64,000 nucleotides of DNA. It comes from a virus. A program made the position numbers and the translations under genes. Positions 20,040-29,500 of this stretch are shown here, in pieces. Where the stretch lies: positions 38,180 to 102,179 of the IMG/VR virus record IMGVR_UViG_3300043100_000006; one strand, 5' to 3'. Under the pieces are notes generated by a model, which saw only the letters and a program-made list of their open reading frames with translations, made no database searches and was not told the DNA's origin. Each line of letters starts with the position of its first letter. Position 1 is the stretch's first letter.

Positions 20040-20090
20040 CCCCCCCCCCCCCCCTCCACTTGTCGGGCGGAGCGTTCTGCTTCGCCCGAC
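20040..20090 (+). repeat. C15 homopolymer followed by GC-rich hairpin
   Basis: C run 20040-20054; GTCGGGCGGAGC/GCTTCGCCCGAC stem 20062-20090. Confidence 0.8.
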
Positions 20091-20123
20091 CTCTAACCTC
20101 ATTCCCCGAAAGGAACGAAAGCC

Positions 20124-20585
20124 ATGCGCACGAAAGAAGTAACAGTCAATGAAGTCGCCTACCCCCTAACTTCCCTCAGTTGCGTCCAAGTCGATGAGAT
20201 CATCTTCGCCAACGTAGATCTAAAGCAAGACGGCGCGACTGTCACTGCGGTTGTGCAGGGAACCAAGCGAACGATCCGCGACCGCGTGTGTCCGGCAATC
20301 GCAGCCTCCCTCAATAATGCAGTCGCCATCAATCACAGGACTGGGTTGCCGGGCGATGCCCAATGGTTCCTGCGAGCAAACCGCTGGGATGCTCCCGATG
20401 GTATTGCAGAAGAAAAGTGGGCGACGCCAGAGTCGGTCAGCGAACTGCTTTACGACGAATCAATGCGGCTCTACGGCGAGATCATGATTCTCACCGGACT
20501 GCGTGCCACCGCCGAAGTGACCAAGCGAGCGGAAGTAAAGGTGCAGCCAGAGGGGGAAGAAACAGCCACCAGCGTCGTGCACTAG
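20124..20585 (+). CDS. Tail assembly chaperone (gpG-like)
   Basis: Between tail tube and tape measure; GGGGGAA slippery site at 20552-20558. Confidence 0.75.
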   Translation: MRTKEVTVNEVAYPLTSLSCVQVDEIIFANVDLKQDGATVTAVVQGTKRTIRDRVCPAIAASLNNAVAINHRTGLPGDAQWFLRANRWDAPDGIAEEKWATPESVSELLYDESMRLYGEIMILTGLRATAEVTKRAEVKVQPEGEETATSVVH

Positions 20586-20896
20586 AGGACATGGTTGGCT
20601 GCTTATCGGTGGAACTGCACAAGTTTCCCGAAGAAGTCTGGTGCATGTCGTACTGCGATGCGATGTTGCAGTGGCGGGAGTTTGAAAAGGCTCCGCCCGT
20701 GCGTTATCAGGTCGCGCAATATCTCGGCTACAAAAACCCTCACCGCAAGTGGACCGGCAAGGTTGCTCCTGGCGACTTTATTGAAATGCAGAAGGTCATG
20801 GGACCGGCTGCGCCTATGCCAGCACACTTGAAAGAGGCTATCAAGTGGGCAGAGGGCATGAAGAATAAGCATCCTGGGCTAAAAACCGTGCAGTAA
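20552..20896 (+). CDS. Tail assembly chaperone frameshift extension (gpGT-like)
   Basis: Open -1 frame after GGGGGAA; typical G/GT arrangement. Confidence 0.7.
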   Translation, partial: GGRNSHQRRALEDMVGCLSVELHKFPEEVWCMSYCDAMLQWREFEKAPPVRYQVAQYLGYKNPHRKWTGKVAPGDFIEMQKVMGPAAPMPAHLKEAIKWAEGMKNKHPGLKTVQ

Positions 20897-20904
20897 GTTT
20901 TCAT

Positions 20905-21258
20905 TGGCTACAGACTCGACTCCCTGCTGATTCAACCATAACCCCGATTCCGAGCTAAGGCCGAAACTCAAATGGAGGGAAAACATGGAAAAGATCACAG
21001 CGGAAATAAGAGTAACAGGACTCAAGGTTCAACCGTTCGCTTACAAAGGCAGCACTGGCGATGAGGTTGGAGGCGAATCATTAGAAATGCGGGCTGCTGG
21101 TTTCTGGGTCGATGAAAAGACCAAGGACCACTATCCCGTATCGCTTCACATGACCGTCTATCCGGGGCACGGCGTCGTTCCCGCGATAGGCGATTGCGTG
21201 AACATCTCTGTAGAACGCAGCAGTTAGGCGGTCCGCAGGGGGGTCGAGTCTGTAGCCA
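20905..21258. repeat. 23/24-bp inverted repeat enclosing an 80-aa ORF
   Basis: TGGCTACAGACTCGACTCCCTGC (20905-20927) versus GCAGGGGGGTCGAGTCTGTAGCCA (21235-21258). Confidence 0.9.
20985..21227 (+). CDS. Hypothetical protein (80 aa)
   Basis: GGAGGG SD; inside the inverted repeat. Confidence 0.7.
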   Translation: MEKITAEIRVTGLKVQPFAYKGSTGDEVGGESLEMRAAGFWVDEKTKDHYPVSLHMTVYPGHGVVPAIGDCVNISVERSS

Positions 21259-21270
21259 GCGACAAATCCC

Positions 21271-21283
21271 TCCACCCGGTGGA
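21271..21283. repeat. Dispersed palindrome copy 3
   Basis: AAATCCC-TCCACCCGGTGGA-AGGATTC. Confidence 0.9.
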
Positions 21284-24062
21284 AGGATTCGAGGACAATC
21301 CCATCGACGACGTTGTTTTCAAACTGACAACCGTATACGACGGCGCACAACTAGCCGAAGGTATGTCTGGGTCTACGGCTGTGATCGAGGGCGATGTCGC
21401 CGCATGGAAAGAAGCATTTGCTTCCGCATTTACCCAGATAGAATCCAGCAACGCCGCTGTCGTTGAGTCCATTCGCACTCTCACTGCCGCGATTGACACC
21501 ATCCCAGTTGCATCTACTAAGGCCGCTGCCGAATCAGGGAGCGCCTTCTCCGCCCTTACTGAGCACATCGTTAGTTCTGCTGAGGTAGCAAAGCTAGAAG
21601 CGGCCGGCATCGGCGGAGCTTTCTCTGGACTCGGCGCAATCCTCGGCGGGGGACTTGCCGTAGGGTTCCTCGCACATCTTCTCGATGAAACCAACAAAGA
21701 GGTAATCGCGCTGGGGAACCTTTCCGTGCAGAGTGGAGTGTCAATCAGTTCACTCGCAGGACTACAACTGACGGCGAGAGAACTCGGCATTGATTTCCAG
21801 GTTGTCCAGCAATCCATGACCAGGTTGGAGGCGGCGCAGGCTCGCGCCGTTGAAGGCAGCCGGGCGCAAGTGGAGGCCTTCGCGCGTATTGGGTTGACGG
21901 TCAATGAGATCAAGAATCTTTCACCGGAAGAACTGTTCAATACCGTATCCGGAGCCATACAGCACACGGGCAGTTCCGCGGATATAGCAGCATCCGCGAT
22001 TACGCTTCTCGGTCGCGGTGGACGCGCCTTAATTCCAGTATTCAAGGAATATGGCGGGACGCTCGACGAGGTAATGAAGAAACTCGGGGAGGAGAGCGGC
22101 GTCACTGAGCAAGCTTATCAAGAAGCGCTGAAATACCAGAAGGTCATGGCGGACCTTGGCGACGAGATTCGTAAACTGGCCATCGAGTCCATACCCTACC
22201 TAACGTTCGGGATACAGCACCTGTCGGCGTTCTTGGATGAAGCGAGAGCGGCAGTCGGCGAACTTGTGATCAGATCCGTCGAGTGGGTAGCGGTTAATCG
22301 TGACGTTGCGGATGCGCTGACTGGAACTAAAAGTTTTAGCGAAGCCTATGCGGACATCAAGGTTCAGGCGGCTTTAGCAACTCAGTCCATCGCGCAACTG
22401 AACACCGAGACGGCAAAGTTGGTGAATCAGGACCTCGGCAAAACTCAAGAGAAACCAGGCGACCTAATGAACTGGGTCAACAGCCTCGACAGTGGCAAGA
22501 ATGTACCATCGGGCGCAGGAGCACCGGCAGCGAAAGATAACCGCCTCGAAGACTGGAAACTACAACTTCAGCAGATGCAGGATGCGAGCAACCAGTCGCA
22601 TCTGGAAATGCTGGCGCAGGAAGTGGCGTTCTGGGATAACATCCTGCAAACCGTTAAGTTGAAGACTGCGGAAGAAGTCGAGATCCGGCACACGATTGCG
22701 ACGGCAAATAAAGAGTACACGAAACAGATCGAAGGCGATGTCATTCGGAGTTATCAGGAAGCGGCGCAGGCGGCGGGCGAGGGCACGGAAAAGCAAATCG
22801 CCATTCTGCAAACTCTCGAAGCCTATGTAGAGAAGACCTCGGGCAGCCAGTTCTCAGCAGAAGCCATCCACGCGCAAGAGGAGATCACGAAGGCCAAGAA
22901 TGCGGCGGCGGAAAACGAGATCAAAAACCTCTCGAAGATCGCGTCGATGAATGAGGAGATCGCCGCACAGGAAGCGAAGCGCGCGACTCTCCAAGTCCAA
23001 GAGGCGGTGAAGGACCAGCAAGCGCAGATCATCGAGCAGAAGGACCAGCAAATCAAGCCCACTGGAACCATCGGGGCCGTTGTCGACGCAAGCCAACTCC
23101 AGGCGCGGTCCTCTCAACAGATTGCCATCGCACAGAGTGCCGCGTCTCAGGAAGAAGCAATCAGTGAACAACTCAGAGACAAACAAATCGCAGACGCGGA
23201 AGTTGTGGAGAACGCGAACACCCAAGCCTTCGCGGCTGGTACCATCAGCCTCCAGCAATATCAGGAGGAGCACGACCGCATCGAAGGCGAGATTACAAAG
23301 TTCATCCAGCAGCAGGCAACAGAGCGCGAGGAGATCAACAAGAAACTGAACGATCAGATGGACAAGGCGGACGAGCAGGAAGCGAAGAAGATGATGCAGA
23401 TTCAGGAGCAACTAACCAACTCCTTCGCGGCTGCCTTCGACAAGATGATTTTTCAGTCCAAGAATGCGGGTCAGGCCCTCCGCGATTTGTGGCAGGGGAT
23501 TGTGAAAGCCATCATCGAGCAATTTGTGAAGATGGCAACGCAATTCATCATCCAGCAGACAGTGATGAACGCAATCGCTAAGGCTTTGGCTGCACAGAAG
23601 TTGGCAACGGCAATGGCTGCGGATGAAGCGGAGCACGTCACGACGGTAGCGGCGAACGAACTCCAAGTACAGAGTTATGCGGGAGTGGCGGCTGCGGCTG
23701 CGTTTGCTGCGAATGCCGAAGACCCTGTCGCGGCTGCTGTGGCAGCTACGGCGGCGTTCGCTGCTACAGAAGCTTTCGGATCGGCTGCCGCAGCGGAGCG
23801 CGGGTACGATGTGCCGGGAAAGAGCGGCGTGTATCCAACGTTCCTCCATCCGCGCGAAATGGTTTTGCCGTCCGACATCGCCGGCGGAGTGCGGAGCATG
23901 GTAAACAACTCGACTTCGAACACAAGTGCGGCAGGCCAGACATTCAACGTGCGCCAGGTGTTTGCGCCGACGATCAATACGCCATTCAATCCGGAGGAGC
24001 ACGCGGATAAATTGTTCTCGATGTTCCGCGGCAAGTTGCGGAAGTTGGGGGTGAGCGCATAA
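21279..24062 (+). CDS. Tape measure protein
   Basis: 927 aa helical Ala/Gln/Glu-rich; LLGRGG..LIP; C-terminal AERGYDVP..LHPREMVLP; start uncertain. Confidence 0.9.
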   Translation: MEGFEDNPIDDVVFKLTTVYDGAQLAEGMSGSTAVIEGDVAAWKEAFASAFTQIESSNAAVVESIRTLTAAIDTIPVASTKAAAESGSAFSALTEHIVSSAEVAKLEAAGIGGAFSGLGAILGGGLAVGFLAHLLDETNKEVIALGNLSVQSGVSISSLAGLQLTARELGIDFQVVQQSMTRLEAAQARAVEGSRAQVEAFARIGLTVNEIKNLSPEELFNTVSGAIQHTGSSADIAASAITLLGRGGRALIPVFKEYGGTLDEVMKKLGEESGVTEQAYQEALKYQKVMADLGDEIRKLAIESIPYLTFGIQHLSAFLDEARAAVGELVIRSVEWVAVNRDVADALTGTKSFSEAYADIKVQAALATQSIAQLNTETAKLVNQDLGKTQEKPGDLMNWVNSLDSGKNVPSGAGAPAAKDNRLEDWKLQLQQMQDASNQSHLEMLAQEVAFWDNILQTVKLKTAEEVEIRHTIATANKEYTKQIEGDVIRSYQEAAQAAGEGTEKQIAILQTLEAYVEKTSGSQFSAEAIHAQEEITKAKNAAAENEIKNLSKIASMNEEIAAQEAKRATLQVQEAVKDQQAQIIEQKDQQIKPTGTIGAVVDASQLQARSSQQIAIAQSAASQEEAISEQLRDKQIADAEVVENANTQAFAAGTISLQQYQEEHDRIEGEITKFIQQQATEREEINKKLNDQMDKADEQEAKKMMQIQEQLTNSFAAAFDKMIFQSKNAGQALRDLWQGIVKAIIEQFVKMATQFIIQQTVMNAIAKALAAQKLATAMAADEAEHVTTVAANELQVQSYAGVAAAAAFAANAEDPVAAAVAATAAFAATEAFGSAAAAERGYDVPGKSGVYPTFLHPREMVLPSDIAGGVRSMVNNSTSNTSAAGQTFNVRQVFAPTINTPFNPEEHADKLFSMFRGKLRKLGVSA

Positions 24063-24913
24063 TGTCCTCGCCGCTGCTCACGTTCCCGCTGTCAATTCCT
24101 GCAACGTTCGGCTGGCCTCTGAAACAAACTGCATATGGCACGACAATAACCCAGCATCCGGCAAGCGGGCGCGGCGATATCCGCATTCCGACAATGCTTT
24201 ACCCGCGCTGGAAATTCTCATTGGACCTCTCATTTTTGAAAGGCGACGCTACGGGCGTCAATACGAACTGGCAGTTGTGGACAAACTTTTTTATTGGCGT
24301 CCAGTTTGGAGCTGCGGACTGGCTCTTACTTCACCCATACGACAACATAATTGGCAGTTACAAAGTCACGGGGGCGGTAACGAGCGGGGTCTTCTTCCCG
24401 GACGAACAGGTAGTGCAGGCGACTAGCGGGGCAGCGGCGCAGATGATTGGATCGACCTTTGGAATCGGCCCATTGCTCATGGGACCAATTACAGGCACTC
24501 CAGATGGAACGCATGGATGGGTCGGTCAACAGAGCGGAGCGGTGTTTACGCCGAGCGCGACTCCGGTTGTAAATACCTCGCAGGCAATCGCGACAGGTGA
24601 CGGCACGACTACCGAATTTTCCATTATCAGAACGTTCGTGGTCGGCGGCGCCCAGGAACTTATTCAGAATTTCTCGGTCGGATCGCCACAGGTATTCTTG
24701 AATGGTGCTTTGCAGTCATCCTCGCTGTACAGTATTGACGAGTACGGAACCATCACGTTTACAACCGCACCAGGCGCAGGCGTAGTGATTTCGTGGATTG
24801 GGCAATTCTATTACCGGTGCCACCTCCTGAAAGACGAGTTTGACGATTTGAGCGAGGACTATTACCAGTTATGGTCCTGCAGTTCCGTGGAGTTTGAAAG
24901 CAGCCTTCTCTGA
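24062..24913 (+). CDS. Distal tail protein (DUF2460-like)
   Basis: SGR..R....YPRW; GDGTTT.F; G.ITFTTAPGAG..ISW.G.FYYRC. Confidence 0.8.
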   Translation: MSSPLLTFPLSIPATFGWPLKQTAYGTTITQHPASGRGDIRIPTMLYPRWKFSLDLSFLKGDATGVNTNWQLWTNFFIGVQFGAADWLLLHPYDNIIGSYKVTGAVTSGVFFPDEQVVQATSGAAAQMIGSTFGIGPLLMGPITGTPDGTHGWVGQQSGAVFTPSATPVVNTSQAIATGDGTTTEFSIIRTFVVGGAQELIQNFSVGSPQVFLNGALQSSSLYSIDEYGTITFTTAPGAGVVISWIGQFYYRCHLLKDEFDDLSEDYYQLWSCSSVEFESSLL

Positions 24914-24914
24914 A

Positions 24915-26042
24915 ATGAAGAAAATATCTCCCGCCCTCCAAGCCTTCTTGCTCACAGCGAACGGCATCATGTCGCGCGCCGATCTTGTGAGCATCACGCT
25001 TCCGAACGGGATGACGCTCAATGTTGTCTCCGGCACGAACACCGATATCGTTTTCCCTGCGAACGGAATCCGGTTCTATTGCTCAAAATACGGCGTTTGG
25101 GAGCGCGGCGCGTTCACGAACAAGGCAGACTTTAAGCCAAGCAGCGAGTCGATGGAACTAAAAGGACTGATTAAGGAAACGGTCTTCTACCCTGGAACCA
25201 CTACCCCATTGATGCAGGTGATCAATCTCGGAATGTTGAGCGGAGCGACAGTCAGCATCCAGAGCATCTTCTGGTCCGCGGGTGCCCCGACTGCATCCTT
25301 CTATCTTCCTGCCAACCTGAATGTAGGATGGACAGGCGGAAACGTTACCGGCATCAGCATGGGTTCGATGCAATTGACGGTTGGGCAGATCGGAAATATC
25401 AAGAACGCGGGCCGGTCGAATATTATCTGTGAAGTCTTTGATCTGCTTTACATCCTGAACCGCCAGGTACCTCCGTTCAGCATCCAGTCCGCGTGTCGTC
25501 ATTCCGTCTTCGATCCAAGTTGCACGCTAAATGTGGCGAACTTTCAAAGCACGAATGTTCCACTGGATGCGACCAGCACAAGCCTTTACTTGAATCTCGA
25601 TCTGCCAGCGCGCGCAAGCGGCACAGCGTATGCGTTCGGCAACTTGATCAATGTCGGCAACGTGATCTACATGTGCACAACGGCAGGAACGTCGGCTGGC
25701 AGCGCTCCAACGTTCAACTCCGCACGCGGCGCGATTACATCGGACGGCTCTACGCTCAGATGGACCTCGCAAAACGGCGCCTATCCGTTGGGTTACGTGT
25801 TCTTCACGGGCGGCCAAAACACAGGACTCAAGTGGTCGGTGAAGGCGCAGGCGATCACGGTAGTGGGCAGTCTCCAGCAGTTGCAACTCATCAAGCCCCT
25901 TCCGTTCCCGGTGGCACCGGGAGATACGATTCAACTGATTCCAGGGTGCGATAAGACAACTGCGACGTGCTTGGGCGCATTCAATAACTTGATTCACTAT
26001 GGCGGCCAAAATCTGGTTCCCAATCCCGAAGTGGCGGTATGA
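24915..26042 (+). CDS. Baseplate hub protein (DUF2163 + BR0599 C-terminus)
   Basis: C.H..FD..C and PGCDKT.ATC...FNN...YGG...VPNPE. Confidence 0.85.
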   Translation: MKKISPALQAFLLTANGIMSRADLVSITLPNGMTLNVVSGTNTDIVFPANGIRFYCSKYGVWERGAFTNKADFKPSSESMELKGLIKETVFYPGTTTPLMQVINLGMLSGATVSIQSIFWSAGAPTASFYLPANLNVGWTGGNVTGISMGSMQLTVGQIGNIKNAGRSNIICEVFDLLYILNRQVPPFSIQSACRHSVFDPSCTLNVANFQSTNVPLDATSTSLYLNLDLPARASGTAYAFGNLINVGNVIYMCTTAGTSAGSAPTFNSARGAITSDGSTLRWTSQNGAYPLGYVFFTGGQNTGLKWSVKAQAITVVGSLQQLQLIKPLPFPVAPGDTIQLIPGCDKTTATCLGAFNNLIHYGGQNLVPNPEVAV

Positions 26043-26076
26043 ACCATCAATCAAATTCTGATTCGAGAAATGCGGC

Positions 26077-26553
26077 GTGAGCACTCTCCGCGAGCAGATA
26101 CTAGCCTCAGCGCTCTCGTGGAAAAACACCCCCTATCATGACAGGGCCGGTATACGTGGAGTCGGGGTTGACTGCGCCCTACTGCCCCTTCGCGTTTGTC
26201 AGGAGGTTGGTCTTGCGCCGCAAGATTTCGTAGTGCCAGTGTATAGCCCACAGCAATGGCTTAATTCTAAAAGCCAGACTGACAAGTATCATCTGAAGTT
26301 TGAGGACCGAACGATGCTAGACATCGTTTTGAAACTTACGAACCGCGAGATCACAGAAGCGGAAGTGCTGCCAGCCGATCTTGTTCTCTACAAAGTCGCG
26401 GCGTCATGGACTCACCTTGCATTTGTGATTCACTGGCCAGATTATCTTCTGCATCCCATCAAGGGACTCGGCGTCATCGGTTCTGCATCGAATGAAGGCT
26501 TTCTGAATAACCGCCCGCGCAGATTCTTTACCCTCGTGCCTCCAGGTCAGTAA
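26077..26553 (+). CDS. NlpC/P60-family tail-associated peptidase
   Basis: A.SW..TPYH.....GVGVDC; D.VLY...HLA. Confidence 0.85.
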   Translation: MSTLREQILASALSWKNTPYHDRAGIRGVGVDCALLPLRVCQEVGLAPQDFVVPVYSPQQWLNSKSQTDKYHLKFEDRTMLDIVLKLTNREITEAEVLPADLVLYKVAASWTHLAFVIHWPDYLLHPIKGLGVIGSASNEGFLNNRPRRFFTLVPPGQ

Positions 26554-26561
26554 CTTTCCAT

Positions 26562-29500
26562 ATGAGTCTTTTTCAGAACAACGACAATCGTCCCCAGACT
26601 CGCTACAACGAACTCCGTACCTCTGAGGCGGTCTTAGGCACACCCCTGCCCATTCTGATCGGGCAGCAGCGTATAAGCTGGAAGTTGCTCTGGTATGGCG
26701 CGTTTACTTCTGCACAAGCGAAGCAGCAAGGCGGGAGTGGCGGCGGAAAGGGCGTGACAAGCTACGTCTACTCCGCTAGCGTAGCAGGCGCACTCTGCAT
26801 GGGGCCGTGCGTAAACTTCCTTGGCGTGTGGGATGGCGTCGGGAAGTTTGGCATCGAAAGCCAGTCTCTTGCGGCCACTCTCCCGAGCAGCGGTTCGATC
26901 ATCTTCACACCTCCGAACGGGACGCAGTATAAGCAAGACCTTGGTGTCGCCCTGCTCGTGCCCTACAGTCATACCGCAAACGACTACGGCTCGCCGGGCG
27001 CAATTGCCCTCACTGGAACTCAACAGGGTCCACTCGTCTACACTCCAAGCCCAACTCCAGGACCCGGCGAGTACACCGTTGTCGGTACGCCAAGCATTGG
27101 CCCATTTCAAATCACATCGATCGATGCGGCGGTGGGCGGAAACACCACTTACAACGGTGTGGTAACGGGCGGAGCCGCGAACGCATTTGCAGGGTATGTG
27201 TTCGTGATGGAAACTGCGAGCACCCTCTACCCGCAGAATGTTGGGCAGTTCACTTGCGTAGCCTCCACCGCTACAAGCGTCACGCTGAACAATCCAAACG
27301 GAGTGGCGGCGGCCTCGGTGGTTTTCCAGGCTGCGGTTCTTGCCGGCGCGCCAGTCTACGTTTTCAATGCGGCGCAAGCCGGAGCGCAGATTGTCGTCAA
27401 CATCGCATATCTGCGATATCTCATCCAAGCGAACGAAAACGATATCGCGGCGGGTACTGTCATCGTTGAGTACCAAGCGCAATATAACTTCGATTCGGGG
27501 GTGACTTACTACCCATCAGGAGTCGCTCTGACTCCGGTGGCAGGCACTCCAACGGTGACCGGGACCTACAATCCAAACGGCGGTGGGCCACTTGGAACCT
27601 CCAATAGTCCATCGGGTGGCGTCTATCTGTTTGCGCCGGGCGATTGGGGGCAAGCTGTCACGATTGACTACGCTTATAACGATCCGAACATCGATGACAA
27701 CACGACGAACTATCAGAACCTAACTTTCTTCGGCGGGTCGCTTGGGCAAGCGCCGTGGTCCTATCTCACGAGCAGTTTCCCGAGCGATGCTCTCGGCTAC
27801 AGCGAAGTCTGCTATATGGCGAGCATCGCGCTCTATTTGGGATTCTCGAATCTCCTGCCGCAACTCAACTTCGAAATCCTTGGCCCGTACAGTTTCGGCG
27901 GCGGTGTCCCTGACGCGAATCCGGCCGATGCAATCTTTGGACTGCTGACCAACCCTTCCTATAAGTACAATTTCCCGGCCGCAAATATCGATACATCGCT
28001 CTTGGGAATCTACGCCGTCACGGGAGCCGTGAGCAGTGGCACATTCACCTCCGGCGAAGTAGTGAAGCAGACTACCACCGGCGCAACGGCGAATCTCATC
28101 GGCACAGTGACGGGTTCGAACCCGATGCAAACGACGCTGATTGTCGGTACGGCAAATGGGACCAGCACATGGGTTGGGCAGACCAGTGGCGCGATCTACA
28201 CTCCAACGGATTCCCCGACATCCTCTTCGGCCAGAGCGCAGTGGTCTACAAACGATTTCTTTATTTCTGACATCCTCGATTCCCAGACCTCGCTCATGGA
28301 TACGATCTCGCGATGGTGCGAGGCCGGTCAGGTCTATATCTCGTGGGACGAAGGGCTGCTGAAATTCATTCCGCTATGCGACACCACGACCGTGGGGAAC
28401 GGGATCATCTACTCACCGCCGACGCAGCCAGTGATCGATCTGGACGATAGCGACTTTGTTCCCGAAGAGAAAGATAAAGATCCAATCACGATCGCGCAGA
28501 CGCCGTGGCAGAACCGCTGGAACCGTGTCAACGTGCGGTGGAGCGTCCGGACCAACGACTACAACGAAGATATTCTTCAGGTCCAAGATGAGGCTTCAGT
28601 CCAGCAGTACGGATTGATGAGCGAGAGCGCGCAGGATTATCAGTTCATCTGCACGGAAGACGCAGCTCAGTACGCGGCGGCGATGCGTTTGCAGCGGCTG
28701 TCAGCGATCTACACGACCTACAATTTCACACTAAAATCCAACTTTGCTTTTGTCAGTCCAGGCGACGTTGTAACTGTCACAGACGGACTATTGGGGACTT
28801 CGGGAACGATGTTCGGACGCACGCCGGTGCGTCTCACGAAAGTTACCGACGATCCAACAAAAGGGATTGTCTGCGAGGCGGAAAACTTCCCTTGGTCGGT
28901 GGGCGCGGCGGTTCTCAATAACGTTCAGGCGCAGAACCCAAGCAACACGAACGATGGGCCGCAAGAGTATCCGGGCAACACGATCCCAGCAATCTTCGAA
29001 GTCCCGAATCAGGCTGCGCAGTGGAACGGTGGGACCATCTATATTTTTGCGAACGGCTCCAACGTAAACTGGGGAGGCTTTGAGCTCTACGTTTCGTTCA
29101 ACGGGGTCGATTACACCTATTACGGCAAATACAGCACGCCGGGCCGAATCGGCGTTACGGCAAATGATTTTCCGGGAGGCAGCGGCAGCGCTCCGGAGAA
29201 TACGGCAAAGCTTTATGTATTCCAGCCTCCAGCCGGAGGCAGTTCGAGCCTTGCGACGATCTACGCGAACGCGGATGGCGCGGTCGTGGCTATCCCGTGG
29301 TCAGCCGATAATGTTTCGCCGACGCTTGGCGGGTGGGAGACATCCAGCGGATCGGCGAGTGCAGGCTACAACTTCACGGACTTTGATGCTGTGATCAACA
29401 CGCAGATCGGTTACGGCGCAACTTCAGTTGTCGTTCTCCTCGAGCCGGTTTCCTTTGAGCCAGCGAACGGATACACGCCGAACTATGTGTTCACGACCGG

